A stretch of DNA of 64,000 bases. Origin: Podarcis vaucheri. Taxonomy: Eukaryota. The notes beneath the pieces were generated by a model, which searched no databases, had not been told where the DNA came from, and saw only the letters and a list, made by a program, of their open reading frames with translations. Position 1 is the stretch's first letter, and each line of letters opens with the position of its first letter. Both the position numbers and the translations under genes were made by a program. The stretch lies in NCBI GenBank assembly GCA_965113315.1, contig OZ220370.1. One strand, written 5' to 3'. Of the stretch, positions 53,369 through 64,000 are shown piece by piece.

Positions 53369-53656
53369 GCACAATCTGCTTTATTATATGCAGGCTTGAT
53401 GCAACCAAGTTAGTGGACCGAATCAGTGCACAGGTGTGCACTTCTCTCTCTCCACCTATGTTAAATAGCTCCTGGTGTTTCAATATCTGAAGCAGAGGGG
53501 CAAGAGCTGTAACTAGTCTACCTACACCTTTTATGCAAGATCCAGGTATCTGTGTCTAAAACCAAGAACATATAGTCCTCTTAACACTAAAAAAGGAAGA
53601 GATGGGTGCAATATGGAGCAAAGGTATGACTGTCCATTCTTAATTTCTGTTTACAT

Positions 53657-53800
53657 CAGGGGTCAGCAATTTTTTTCAGCAGGGGGCCGGTCGACTGTCC
53701 CTCAGACTTTGTGGAGGGCCAGACTATATTGTTTTTTTGGGGGGAATTAACCAATTCCTATGCCCCACAAATAACACGGGCCTTAGATTGCCTACCCATG
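53657..53800. mobile_element. hAT MITE, internally deleted relative of 3999-4253
   Basis: Same termini; perfect 8-bp TSD GTTTACAT. Confidence 0.9.
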
Positions 53801-56800
53801 GTTTACATGGCCAGCTCAGAACAAGATGACCATTGTAACTCAAGTCCTGGTGCTTGTGACAGCCAGGACAAAAGACTACGGCTGGAGTGTTCTCATAGTT
53901 CACTGTGCCAGTTCCAGAATGGTGTAGCTCAGGGCCCCCAAATCAGGCCCCTTGGGGATCTGTCAGACTTTGGATCCCACAAAAGCAAAGCTTCCACCGC
54001 AGGTCTACCTCAAAACACCTGATTTCAAGACTTGCCATTGGTTACTGAAAGCACCTTTCTTGCCACTTGGGCAACCTCCATACACCACCTGCGGTGTTCT
54101 CTTTGCCAGTGGAGGCCAGCACTTAACACTATGCAACAAAATGGTTGCAGTAAATGGCATCAGGTAGCTCTTGTGAGACCATGAAAAAAGAAATGATTTA
54201 TTCATCTGCTAAGGAATAAATCTCTCTGATCAATCCCATTTACGGTTCAATCAAAAATGTATGTTACAAAAATGAGCTCCTCAGCTGAAACATGCCCAAG
54301 AATGATACCAATAAAACATCACATGATACATTGTTGTGGGCTAGAACCTGCTTTGTCAATGTATGTCACAATAAAAGTATTAACCACAATCTAGAGAAAG
54401 TTAGTCACATGAAATCGTGCAGAACTCAAGATGACAAATTAATCAGTCATTACTAGGTCTCACTGATTTCAACATGAATACATTATACTATCTGTCTCTG
54501 GATCAGAGATTTTGTTCAGTGGTACCTTAAACAATCTGTTGTAGTAGGAAAAATATGAGTAAAACAGCTACCCTCCTCTGACATTTTGGTAATACTTTTG
54601 TATATGCTTTTTCTTCAGCATCAACATATTATGTGAGCATATGCTGATATTATATCTAACTGAAGTTTATGCCAAATATCAAATGTGCAGCATATTTAAG
54701 CCAAATTGCTATCTCTATGGAATAACACAATTTCACGCACATTACTTTATTAAAATCTATACTCACCTACCAAGTCAATGGATTAAACATAAAAGGTCCA
54801 TTAAGGGAGAAGTATTTTCTTTCATGTTACAGACAATTTGGGGCGTATTGGGTAGGGAGCAGAATCTAAGAACGCTTTACATCTTCAGGAATATTGTATT
54901 CTGTTACTTAAGCCTGAACCATCACTTACATAAGATTTTGCACAGAAGATGCTACTATACCTCCTTCTTGAAATCTACAGGTCAAATCACACTAAGGCTG
55001 TTTTAATCTCTGGGTGCTTAAGAAGTTTCCTCTCCAGTATTTGCACATCCCTGTGGGACTAACATGCACCATTACTGGCTACAGTTCTCAGGATATCATT
55101 CAGAGGCATCTTGACAATGAAATATTAAACCTACTATCCAGGTTTTTCAGCCTGCAGTACATTCAAAGTATCAAATTTAATCTAGACAACAAGTCTCTTC
55201 TATAACCAATCCAAGATAGATCACTAGTCTACTATGCAACTAGCCTGGCCTTGCTAGATTATGTCTGTGCCAGCAATACTTCTCAAATTGTCTACAAAAG
55301 ATACAGACTGTATCTAGACATAACAAACTATTATTTATCTATTACATGAACAAGTCCTGGGTTTGTTTACCACCACCCCTGCCCCTGTATCCTCCAGCAG
55401 TTGTGAGACGATTGGAAGCCTAGCATTATGTCCAAACCCTAAACTGTGGTTTATTTTATTATGATTTAATTAAGACATCTTAATAAATTATGGTTTGAAC
55501 TTGTTTCAACAAACCATACAGTTTGTCTGGGTTTGGACACTACATTAACTTTTGGTTAGTTAAAAATGAAGCAAAAGCTTCTAATTGTATCCTCACAGCC
55601 ATTATGGTGGAGAAGGGAGGCAAGAGCTGATGGGCCCAATAAATGCACATGCAGGAACTACAAGGATGTCATCACAAAAATCACTGATAACTCATCACTG
55701 AATAATCTAAATATCACTTTTCAATCCTCAGACTTCTCGACCTTTGTCTCTGGTATGGTTGATCACTCTCTCTTACTAACTTACTAAACAGGTTTAACTT
55801 AGTCATGATCATTCATCTTAATGGGTCTGCTCTAGGTAAAACTTAGTTGAATACCACACAAGGAGGATATTTGTTCATTCCAACTAAATTATGTCTTTCA
55901 CATGCAACAACCTCAACTTCCTCTCTGATGGCTAGATGCTCATTATGCCAAGCACAACCCATGACTTGTGTAGCAGGTAAACCATTTTTTTGTGGAACAT
56001 TCTGTACAATACACTGAATAGCCCCCACACCGTTGGCTTTCTATTTGAAACCAATTATTATTTATTGAGCTTCTTTACTATGGAATTTCGGATCTGTTAG
56101 GAGGGGTATAGTCTGCCTAAGCTTCACCCTGCTGGCTCACTCACATTATATTGTCACTTTGTTATCTGGGGCTTCCCTCTTGCTTGTAAACTGAGTGCCC
56201 TCCAAGCTCCCTTGCTAAAGTTATAGTCCTGGCTAGCCTCTCCCAGCTGTTACAACTCCAGCCAATCAAATCAGGAGGTTCTCCTTTGAAAAACAGAGAG
56301 TTGTGGCTCAACTACTGGGCTAAAAGAAATTCCAATGAACAAAAATTTGAAATGGGAGATTCAGGTCAATTTAGCCACCTTATAATGGTACAGTATGTCA
56401 CAGGAACAGAAAATAGGTAACGAATTCATCAAATTTAAGATGAGGATATAGGCAGTTCAAGACCCCCTTGGAATGCAAGGGTCTGATTGATTGAAGTATA
56501 TAAGTGAGTACAAAAGATTGATAAAATTAAATTACAGCTTTTCTTTACATTTTAAGGTCACAACAGTTGCAAAAGAACTATTAGTAGGCTCCAAAAGGGT
56601 AACTAGTACAAGGGCTTAAAACTTTCCTGTGGGATATTTCACAGCACCTTTCAATAGGAAGGTTCCTGTGCCAGATCATAAACTGCTTTTGATAATCCCC
56701 TCATATTCAAACTCTGTTTAGAAAGATATGGTGGAGAAGCACACTACATTTTGTAAACTATAGTCCTCAAGTCTACAGCTACACTCTAATGCAGGTGCTT

Positions 56801-57049
56801 CCATTGTGACACCCACAGGTACACAGGGATCCATAGAGATCTTCCCTGGTAACTGCAGGGTCCCCTCTGCCCAGATGAAATTAGGCTTGAAATAATTATT
56901 CTATTGTACCAATAAGAATAATAGATTGTTTTGTGTGTGGTGCCATGACAATTCCTCTAGTGTGAAAATATGTCCATGGACCAAGAAATGGTTGGCAACC
57001 CTGGCCTTAACATCTCAGACATCAAAATTATATATATCACACACACATA

Positions 57050-57777
57050 CCATATTTTTCGCACCATAGGACGCACTGGACAATAGGACGCACTTTGTTT
57101 TAGAGGGGGGAGAACAAGAAAAAAAAATTCTCCCCCTCTCTGCCCGGCGCCCCTTCAGTGAAGCGGCAGGAGGCGCTGCACAGAGAGGGGGAGAACTTTC
57201 CCCCTCTTGTTTTCCCGCTCTAAAACAAGGTGCCGTTTAAGGTGCGTTCAGGCGGCTACCTTGGAAGCCTGGAGAGCGAGAGGGGTCGGTGTGCACTGAC
57301 CCCTCTCACTCTCCAGGCTTCAGGTTCCTTTCGACCTGCTCTTTGGGGCAGGGGAAGCCCACCACCAGCCCCAAAGAGCAGGTCAGGGAGCAGCGGAAAG
57401 GCGCAGCGGAGAGGCTCCTGCCATGGCCGCGCGTCACCTCTCCAGCAGGGAGAGGGTTGCGGGGCTATGGCTTCTTTAGCCCCCCACGCGCGCTCTCCCG
57501 GCTGCAGAGGTGACGCGGGGCTGTAGAGGCTCCTGCCATAGCCGCGCGTCACCTCTCCAGCCGGGAGAGGGTCGCGGGGGGCTGCTTTAGCCCCGCGCGC
57601 GCTCTCCCGGCTAGAGAGGTGACGCGGGGCTGTAGAGGCTCCTGCCATAGCCGCGCGTCACCTCTCCAGCCGGGAGAGGGTCACGGGGCTATGGCGTCTT
57701 CGCTCCATAGGACGCACACACATTTCCCCTTCCTTTTTGAAGGGGAAAAAGTGCGTCCTATAGAGCGAAAAATACGG
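57050..57777. mobile_element. Tc2-like MITE with CpG-rich tandem/inverted cargo
   Basis: TA-CCATATTTTTCGCACCATAGGACGCAC ... GTGCGTCCTATAGAGCGAAAAATACGG-TA. Confidence 0.92.
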
Positions 57778-58403
57778 TAATTGCCTGATTTAAGAAGCCT
57801 GAATTTCTAGGCCAGTTCAGATGCAATGAACAAGGCACTGTGTTTATTTGCTCTCACTTCTTGCATACTCAGCTTTCCTTCCTCACTTTCCAATTTACTA
57901 ACACCTTATGGTTTGTCTACAAATGAGAATTCTAGATCATTGTTTAAACTGGTTTTACAATTCTGCTTTGCCCAGTTAGGATGCTAACAGCAAACTAAGG
58001 TCTGAAACGAAACTGGGCGTGAGGGAGGAGAATGCGTGCAAGTGCAGAGCTCATTTACATAGCATAAAACCATGGTTAGGAGTTACAGCTGGACCAACTA
58101 AATGTGTGTGACCATACAAGAGGATTTCCATTACCCCAGATAGATATAGGTGTGATCAAAGTGGATACAATCTTTCCCTCACTGTCTTATGGTGCTCTGA
58201 CCTCTGATTAAATGTTTAGTGCATTGTAGCCAACAAATCATTTTCATGTATGAGGCCAAAATTTCAGCAAAAAAATAAAAAAAATAAAAGATCAGCAGCT
58301 TTCTCAAAGAACAAAATGGATAGTTTATGGATACAATTACATAAAACTACATTTTCATTCATAAAATAGCTATTTTAATATGCATTATTTAAAGACAACT
58401 TAC

Positions 58404-58483
58404 CAAGACTCAATGAGGCAGTCAAATCAATAGCACAGGTTATGTGTCTGAAAGGTTCAATATTCAGATACATCTCAAGCATG
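58404..58483 (-). other. Probable 80-bp exon (likely 5' UTR) of the minus-strand host gene, tentatively NCOA1-like (unverified)
   Basis: Strong acceptor tttgtttgtttttgttttatag|CA and consensus donor TTG|gtaagt; unique sequence. Confidence 0.6.
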
Positions 58484-59423
58484 CTATAAAACAAAAACAA
58501 ACAAACTGTAAATATTCTCTATTTACCACTGATTATGTCATTCATGCTAAAACAAAATAACTAGAGTATTCGGCATTCCCAGTTATTACAATTCCCTCAA
58601 GCATTTCTAAATAATTCTACTGTAACAATGTGGCTGTGTCCAGGCATCACACTAAAAAGTGTTTCAGCATTATGTGACTAAGTCTAGCCATCTTTAAGTT
58701 GTACATTTCCCTTCTGATGTCTTCGTCCTGCACCACTCAGAGGTGTCGTTCAGAAGCTTTCACTTCTACTTGCAGTTAACCATGACTTGTCATGTTGTCC
58801 AAACTGTGAATTGTGGTTAATATAAAATATTCTTGGTTTCAACAAGGCAGTTTATTTAAAAAAAACAAACCTTGAAAATTAACCATAGTTAGTTTTAATC
58901 ACACCAGATGACACAAACTGCAGTTAAAAGAATGTGAAAGCAAAATGTTAACAACTACTAATCCTGGCTGTGCAAAAAGGGGAAGGAAGCCTGTACAACA
59001 TCCGAACAAGACCCAAATGTTTGTTTAATGTACTCTATTTGCAGATAAGATGATCTAACCACAGAATTCTGCTGCTTGAAAATAGGGTTCAAGATACTCA
59101 ACAATCTGCCCCCTCATTCTATCACACGGCTATACTGAATACAGTAAGCAAATGACTGAATATGCCACCCAAACCCTAGATATGTGCACTTAGAAACACG
59201 TCCTACTGTTGAAGTGAGTGAGCATGCACAGGATTGCAGGCCTGCCTCTGCTCAGAACATCTGAGTGACTCACCAAAACACAATGTTATTTATTCTGAAA
59301 AAGATAGAGACATCCTCCAGAATTCTGCAGTATTCAAATGCACACAGAGTTCTCACACAAGTAGGAATAAAGTAGGATGCAAGGACTGTTGAGCAGTCTC
59401 TACCTCCATAAGCTCACTGGGCT

Positions 59424-59587
59424 CCAGTCCTAGACTAAATGGTACCCGGGGAAAGAAACAGATTTGGTGTGCATTTCTGAATACCTTCTTTCAATGCATT
59501 TGTTGCCTGTTTAATAAATTTGATGCACCATTTGTAGACAACATTTATCATTGACAATAAAATTTGCAGGAAAGGAAAGGGAAAAAA
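59424..59587 (+). pseudogene. Short retroposed fragment (mRNA or LINE 3' end)
   Basis: 16-bp direct repeats ATAAGCTCACTGGGCT (59408-59423 / 59588-59603), two AATAAA hexamers, A-rich 3' end. Confidence 0.6.
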
Positions 59588-59643
59588 ATAAGCTCACTGG
59601 GCTGGGACATCTGCACTGATGTAAATTAAAGTAAGCTTTAGAG

Positions 59644-59783
59644 CAGAGGTGGGGAAGCTACTGCCCTCCAATGTTGCTGGTCTACAATTTCAACCATCCC
59701 TGACCATTTGGTCATGCTGGATGGAGTTGACACGGCTTAGAATCCAACAACATCTGGACAGTCACAAGTTCCGCCCATCTCTG
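59644..59783. mobile_element. hAT-like MITE
   Basis: CAGAGGTGGG ... CCCATCTCTG termini; TSD CTTTA(G/A)AG. Confidence 0.75.
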
Positions 59784-60944
59784 CTTTAAAGAAAAAACTA
59801 GCAGTCTTACTGTATCATTTTACAGTCACTAAATAGATCAAAATCCCAGCACCCCCCCCAAAAAAAAAACACCTAGGCACAAACTTCACCATTACAGGAC
59901 CAATTTACAACTTCACAAGTACAGTATGAAGTTTCAGAGCTAGAATTGAACATATTCACTTTTTAAGTTCTTGCAAATTCTCACACTAACTTTTTGTGAA
60001 TAACTTCACAAATTAAACATAGAATTCCAACCCTTCTTCCCAAGAAAGGGTGTTACATTTCTTCAGTTTATGTAAACATACATTTTCTACAAATTTTCTA
60101 CAAATTTAAACTATATTTATGCTATAGTGTATACATATTTTACACACACACACCCAAGTCAGTCCACCAACTCATTCTACACTGAAAGCTGAAAGGAGTA
60201 AGATGCAAGTATACTATTAGAAAAATATTTAGACCCTTGACAAGTTGCTAAATTGGACCATGAATATGTAGAATATATATTCCTACAAACTCCCAAATCC
60301 ACACAAGTGATGGTTCTTCATGGTACGACTGTGAAGAATGAAATGTTTCTTTTTCAACCTCAATATCAAGTTATAAAGCACTAGCATGTGCATGGATGGG
60401 TTGGAGAAGAGAATTACAAAGATTTTAAGCACTTTTATTAAACACCTTGGGATTTTCCTACCCCTGGCTAAAGGTCTCCCTGCACAGCTTGATTTCTACA
60501 TGTCATTTTCACCCACCACTGAAATGTCAACCTCATGTTTTTACTCAGACTTAAACCAGGCACTGTGAGGACCAGTCATGTATACTATTACACCCTCCAC
60601 ACTAACCATCACCATCCTGCATAAACAAGGAAATAAATTATTATTTTATTTCACAGCATTTATATGCTACCTCAATAAGGATATCTAGTATGGAACAGCA
60701 GGAAATAATTCTCTAGCACAGTACTGTCTATGAAAAAACACAGGAGAACGAATAGATGCAGAGGTAGATGGAGGCAACATGAACATCCTTATGGATTTTA
60801 CACCCAAAAGGTATCAATACCACAGACTGCAAACTCTTGGCATAAGCTTCAAAGTAGAATGTCTGCATCCATGTCCCTCACAATGAATATGACTAACATT
60901 TGAAATCCTAGGATATGAAAGAAAGATTATGTGTTAATAGGATG

Positions 60945-61420
60945 CAGCCTTACCACAGTGATTTGTGCTCTGGTAACCTCCTGTTAGAACTACAGTAATG
61001 TGGTGTGTGTGTGCTGTATGCGTGGTTACATTTGAAGACAATCCCAAGAGGTTTAGTTAGTGCAGAATGCAGCTGCCAGTTCAGCTGGATGGAATCACAA
61101 ACACCAATTCTAAAGGACTTACATTGACTGCATGTTCACTTCTAAGCCAAATTCAAGGTGATGGTCTATGAAGGAATGCCTTTCCCAGAACCAACCTGCT
61201 CTTGCCCCAATATCTTCAGAAGCAGCTCTTCTCTGCATACTACTGGTGGTGGTGGGTGTATATTACATTGTGATGCAAAAAAAAGAAGCAACAGATTTAT
61301 TTGTGGTGGCCCTGGTATTGGAATGCCCTTGCTCTAGTTCTAGTAGTTTGCTTGGCACTGACACTATTATCATTTTGGTGCCGAATACAGACTCACCTGT
61401 TTGCCTGAGCATTTGCAATG
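60945..61420 (+). mobile_element. Decayed L2 fragment
   Basis: GCTCTGGTAACCTCC..TTAGAACTAC (ALVTS.L.Y) and TTAGTGCAGAATGCAGCTGCC (LVQNAAA). Confidence 0.7.
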
Positions 61421-61421
61421 T

Positions 61422-61646
61422 CAGTGGAACCTCGGGTTAAGAACTTAATTCGTTCTGGAGGTCCGTTCTTAACCTGAGGTACCACTTTAGCTAATGGGGC
61501 CTCCCACTGCCGCCACGCTGCTGCTACACGATTTCTGCTCTCATCCTGAAGCAAAATTCTTAACCCGAGGTACTTTTTCTGGGTTAGCGGAGTCTGTAAC
61601 CTGAAGCGTCTGTAACCTGAAGCGTCTGTAACCCGAGGTACCACTG
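61422..61646. mobile_element. Tc1/mariner (Tigger-like) MITE, copy 5 of 5
   Basis: Same body as the other copies; left TIR and TSD slightly mutated. Confidence 0.9.
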
Positions 61647-61889
61647 TATTGGTATATTTATTGTCCCAGGGTGAAGAGCCTGCTCCGAAGTGGTAGTCAA
61701 CTAAGTTTTACTCAGCGCAAACACACTGAAATTAATGAACACAACTAAGCATAACAGGTTTACTCTGGGTAAAATTTGGTTTAAGATGTTTTCAAACTGC
61801 TATTGTTATTTACAGTTTATCATTTTATTTCAATATCAAGTTTGCTGTTTTTAGTTGACTTTTTGTTGTAAATTGTATGTTGCACTCCA

Positions 61890-62230
61890 CCCTGGATAGG
61901 GCTTTGTACACCAAAGCCAGCACCTTGAATCTAGCCTGATAGCTAATTGGCAACCAGTGCAATTCTTCAGCACCAATGTAATATGATGTGACTATTTCAT
62001 CCCAGTGAGCACTCAAGCCTCTGCATTTTGCACCAGCTGCAGTTTCCAGGGCAACCCCAAGGACAGTCCCACATAGAGCACATTGCAGTAATCCAATCTG
62101 GAAGTTACCAGCACCTGGACAACAGGCTATCCTTATCACGAAACGGCCTCAGCTGTCTTACTAAATCTGATAAAAAGCACTCCTAGATACTGAGGCCTAG
62201 AGAGATGGATCCAGGAGACCAAGACTGCTA
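61890..62230 (-). mobile_element. Decayed L2 fragment
   Basis: Minus-strand ELHWLPISYQARFKVLALVYKAL. Confidence 0.8.
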
Positions 62231-62290
62231 TGGAAGTGAGTGACTTTGCCCTCAAAAAGTGCCTTGCAAACAAACAGCAACAGTCTTCCG

Positions 62291-62540
62291 AAAGATGAAG
62301 AAGAGTTTGGATTTGATATCCCGCCTTTCACTCCCTTTAAGGAGTCTCAAAGCGGCTAACATTCTCCTTTCCCTTCCTCCCCCACAACAAACACTCTGTG
62401 AGGTAAGTGGGGCTGAGAGACTTCAAGAAGTGTGACTGGCCCAAGGTCACCCAGCAGCTGTATGTGGAGGAGCGGAGACGCGAACCCGGTTCCCCAGATT
62501 ACGAGACTACCCCTCTTAACCACTACACCACACTGGCTCT
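62291..62540 (-). mobile_element. Squam3-like tRNA/CORE SINE (young)
   Basis: Reverse complement AGAGCCAGTGTGGTGTAGTGGTTAAGAG (A box), GGTTCGCGTC (B-box-like), GGGTGACCTTGGGCCAGTCAC (CORE-like); (CTT) tail. Confidence 0.88.
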
Positions 62541-63471
62541 CTGAGGTCTAAAATAGACCTCAGAGGTCTAAAATAGACCTCAGAAAATACAAAAAGGTTC
62601 AACTGGACAACTTGAAGATGCAACAGAATCAAAGAATTGGGCCTTCTTCATTGCCCTTATTGCCATGCAGAAAGACTCATGCAATAAATAAATAATTACA
62701 AGGATGGGGAACCTTTTCAAGCCTAAGGGCCACATTCCCTTCTGAACAACCTTCTGGGAGTCAATTGCCATTAGTGGACAGAGCCAAAGGCAAAAGTAAA
62801 GTGAATGCAAATTTTACATATGTACAGTAGCTTAGTTTTTCCAAACATCTCTTCTCTATCCTCCATCCAGGCAAACAAGAAACATCATTCAAGGACACAT
62901 TCCAGCCACACAAAAACATTCAAGGGTGGTGTGGAGCAGGGTAATATGAGCCGTGTTAGTAATGCAGGAATATAAGCTAATCACTAAATGGCACCTTAAA
63001 CTTAGGTTATGGGCACCACAATGGAATGTCTAAGCATCTTTTTTGTGGTGAAATTTATTTGCTTGGAAATAAGCCCCGTTGTGTCCAGTGGCGCTTTCTT
63101 ATCCTCAAGTAAGTGCACCTAGGATTGCAGCTCACGTGGCAGCACAGACACCAAGTCTGCCGTCATGTGAGCCAGCTAATTCACACAGCAGTGCAGAAGC
63201 ACAAGCTACATATCTTTTGTTGTGGTGCTGCCACAAGCTAGATGGAGAGGTCAGTCATCAACCTGGCATCCAGAGATCTCCACGACTGCAAAATGTACCT
63301 GGGACACTGGGAATTTTGAACACTGAGTATGCGGTATGGCCGGGAAGGGGGTGTGGCCCAGGGACAGTCTTAAGGGACAGATAGAGAGGATTATAGGGCC
63401 AAATTGTGCCCCACCCCGAGTTCCTCACTACTGAACTATTACTCTGCAGATAAACCATTGTTCCATTAGAG

Positions 63472-63596
63472 CAGTGATGGCCAAACTTGGCCCTCCAGCT
63501 ATTTTGGGACTACAACTCTCATCATCCCTAGCTAACAGGACCAGTGGTCAGGGATGATGGGAACTGTAGTCCCAAAACCAAGTGTGGCCATTACTG
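63472..63596. mobile_element. hAT-like MITE
   Basis: CAGTGATGGCCA ... TGGCCATTACTG TIRs; perfect 8-bp TSD CATTAGAG; internal inverted repeat TTTTGGGACTACA / TGTAGTCCCAAAA. Confidence 0.9.
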
Positions 63597-64000
63597 CATT
63601 AGAGGAAATGAAATCCCATCGAGAAAAGACTATCTACTCAACTTCTGGATACAAGAATCACCTGCTAACAGGACCCACGTCACATCAAGATTCACCTTTA
63701 GCTTACTGGCCTCATGCCCTCTTTCAACCCATTATTACTTCCAGTCAGCAATGGAATTACACTGCTATCTTTCTCTTGCCTGGATACTTTATCAAAATAG
63801 TATCTGGTGGCCCTCTCACAAATTATGTGGTCAACACAGCAACAGCAACAGCTTCCTCCAAATAATCAGCAGTGGTTTTCACAGAGGAAGATGTATATTC
63901 AGTCCTCTACAGGAAACAGTTATTGCTGTTGTACAGGTGCACATCCTCCTTCATGCTGCTTGGTACAAAACAGTCCGTCCCCCCGGCCCCCAGTAGTTTT

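Noticed and set aside
57230-57700. CpG-island promoter, GC-rich coding exon or CRISPR-like array
   Set aside because: It lies wholly between MITE TIRs with TA TSDs, the units are contiguous without unique spacers, and there are no cas genes in this eukaryotic DNA.
521-63996. The many 60-150 aa ORFs in the supplied track as host genes
   Set aside because: Many begin at non-ATG codons, none shows a recognisable host domain, and the longer ones overlap GC-rich repeats or low-complexity DNA.

Overview
This is AT-rich vertebrate genomic DNA, most likely from a lacertid lizard (Sauria SINEs, a Squam3-like SINE and tRNA-Lys/CR1-tail SINEs are present). No host protein-coding exon is recognisable. 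The window looks like a large intron of a minus-strand gene, bounded by two probable non-coding exons at 58404-58483 and about 2495-2808. From memory the layout resembles the NCOA1 5' region, but this is unverified. The only long genuine ORF is a 5'-truncated L1-clade LINE ORF2 (51298-53368, 21-bp TSD, one nonsense codon). The rest is a dense repeat landscape: Tc1/mariner- and Tc2-like MITEs with TA TSDs, hAT MITEs with 8-bp TSDs, SINEs, old L2/CR1 fragments and a probable decayed DIRS element. The most notable signals are: (1) a Penelope-derived palindromic insertion carrying an intact minimal hammerhead ribozyme motif (4825-4862); (2) a family of ~90-bp palindromes that repeatedly hosts nested insertions; (3) MITEs with shared ends but unrelated GC-rich hairpin cargo; (4) an isolated 18-bp-stem hairpin beside a splice donor; (5) a small TSD-flanked retrocopy. 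No prokaryotic systems or CRISPR arrays are present. All family names come from recall of consensus motifs, not from database searches.
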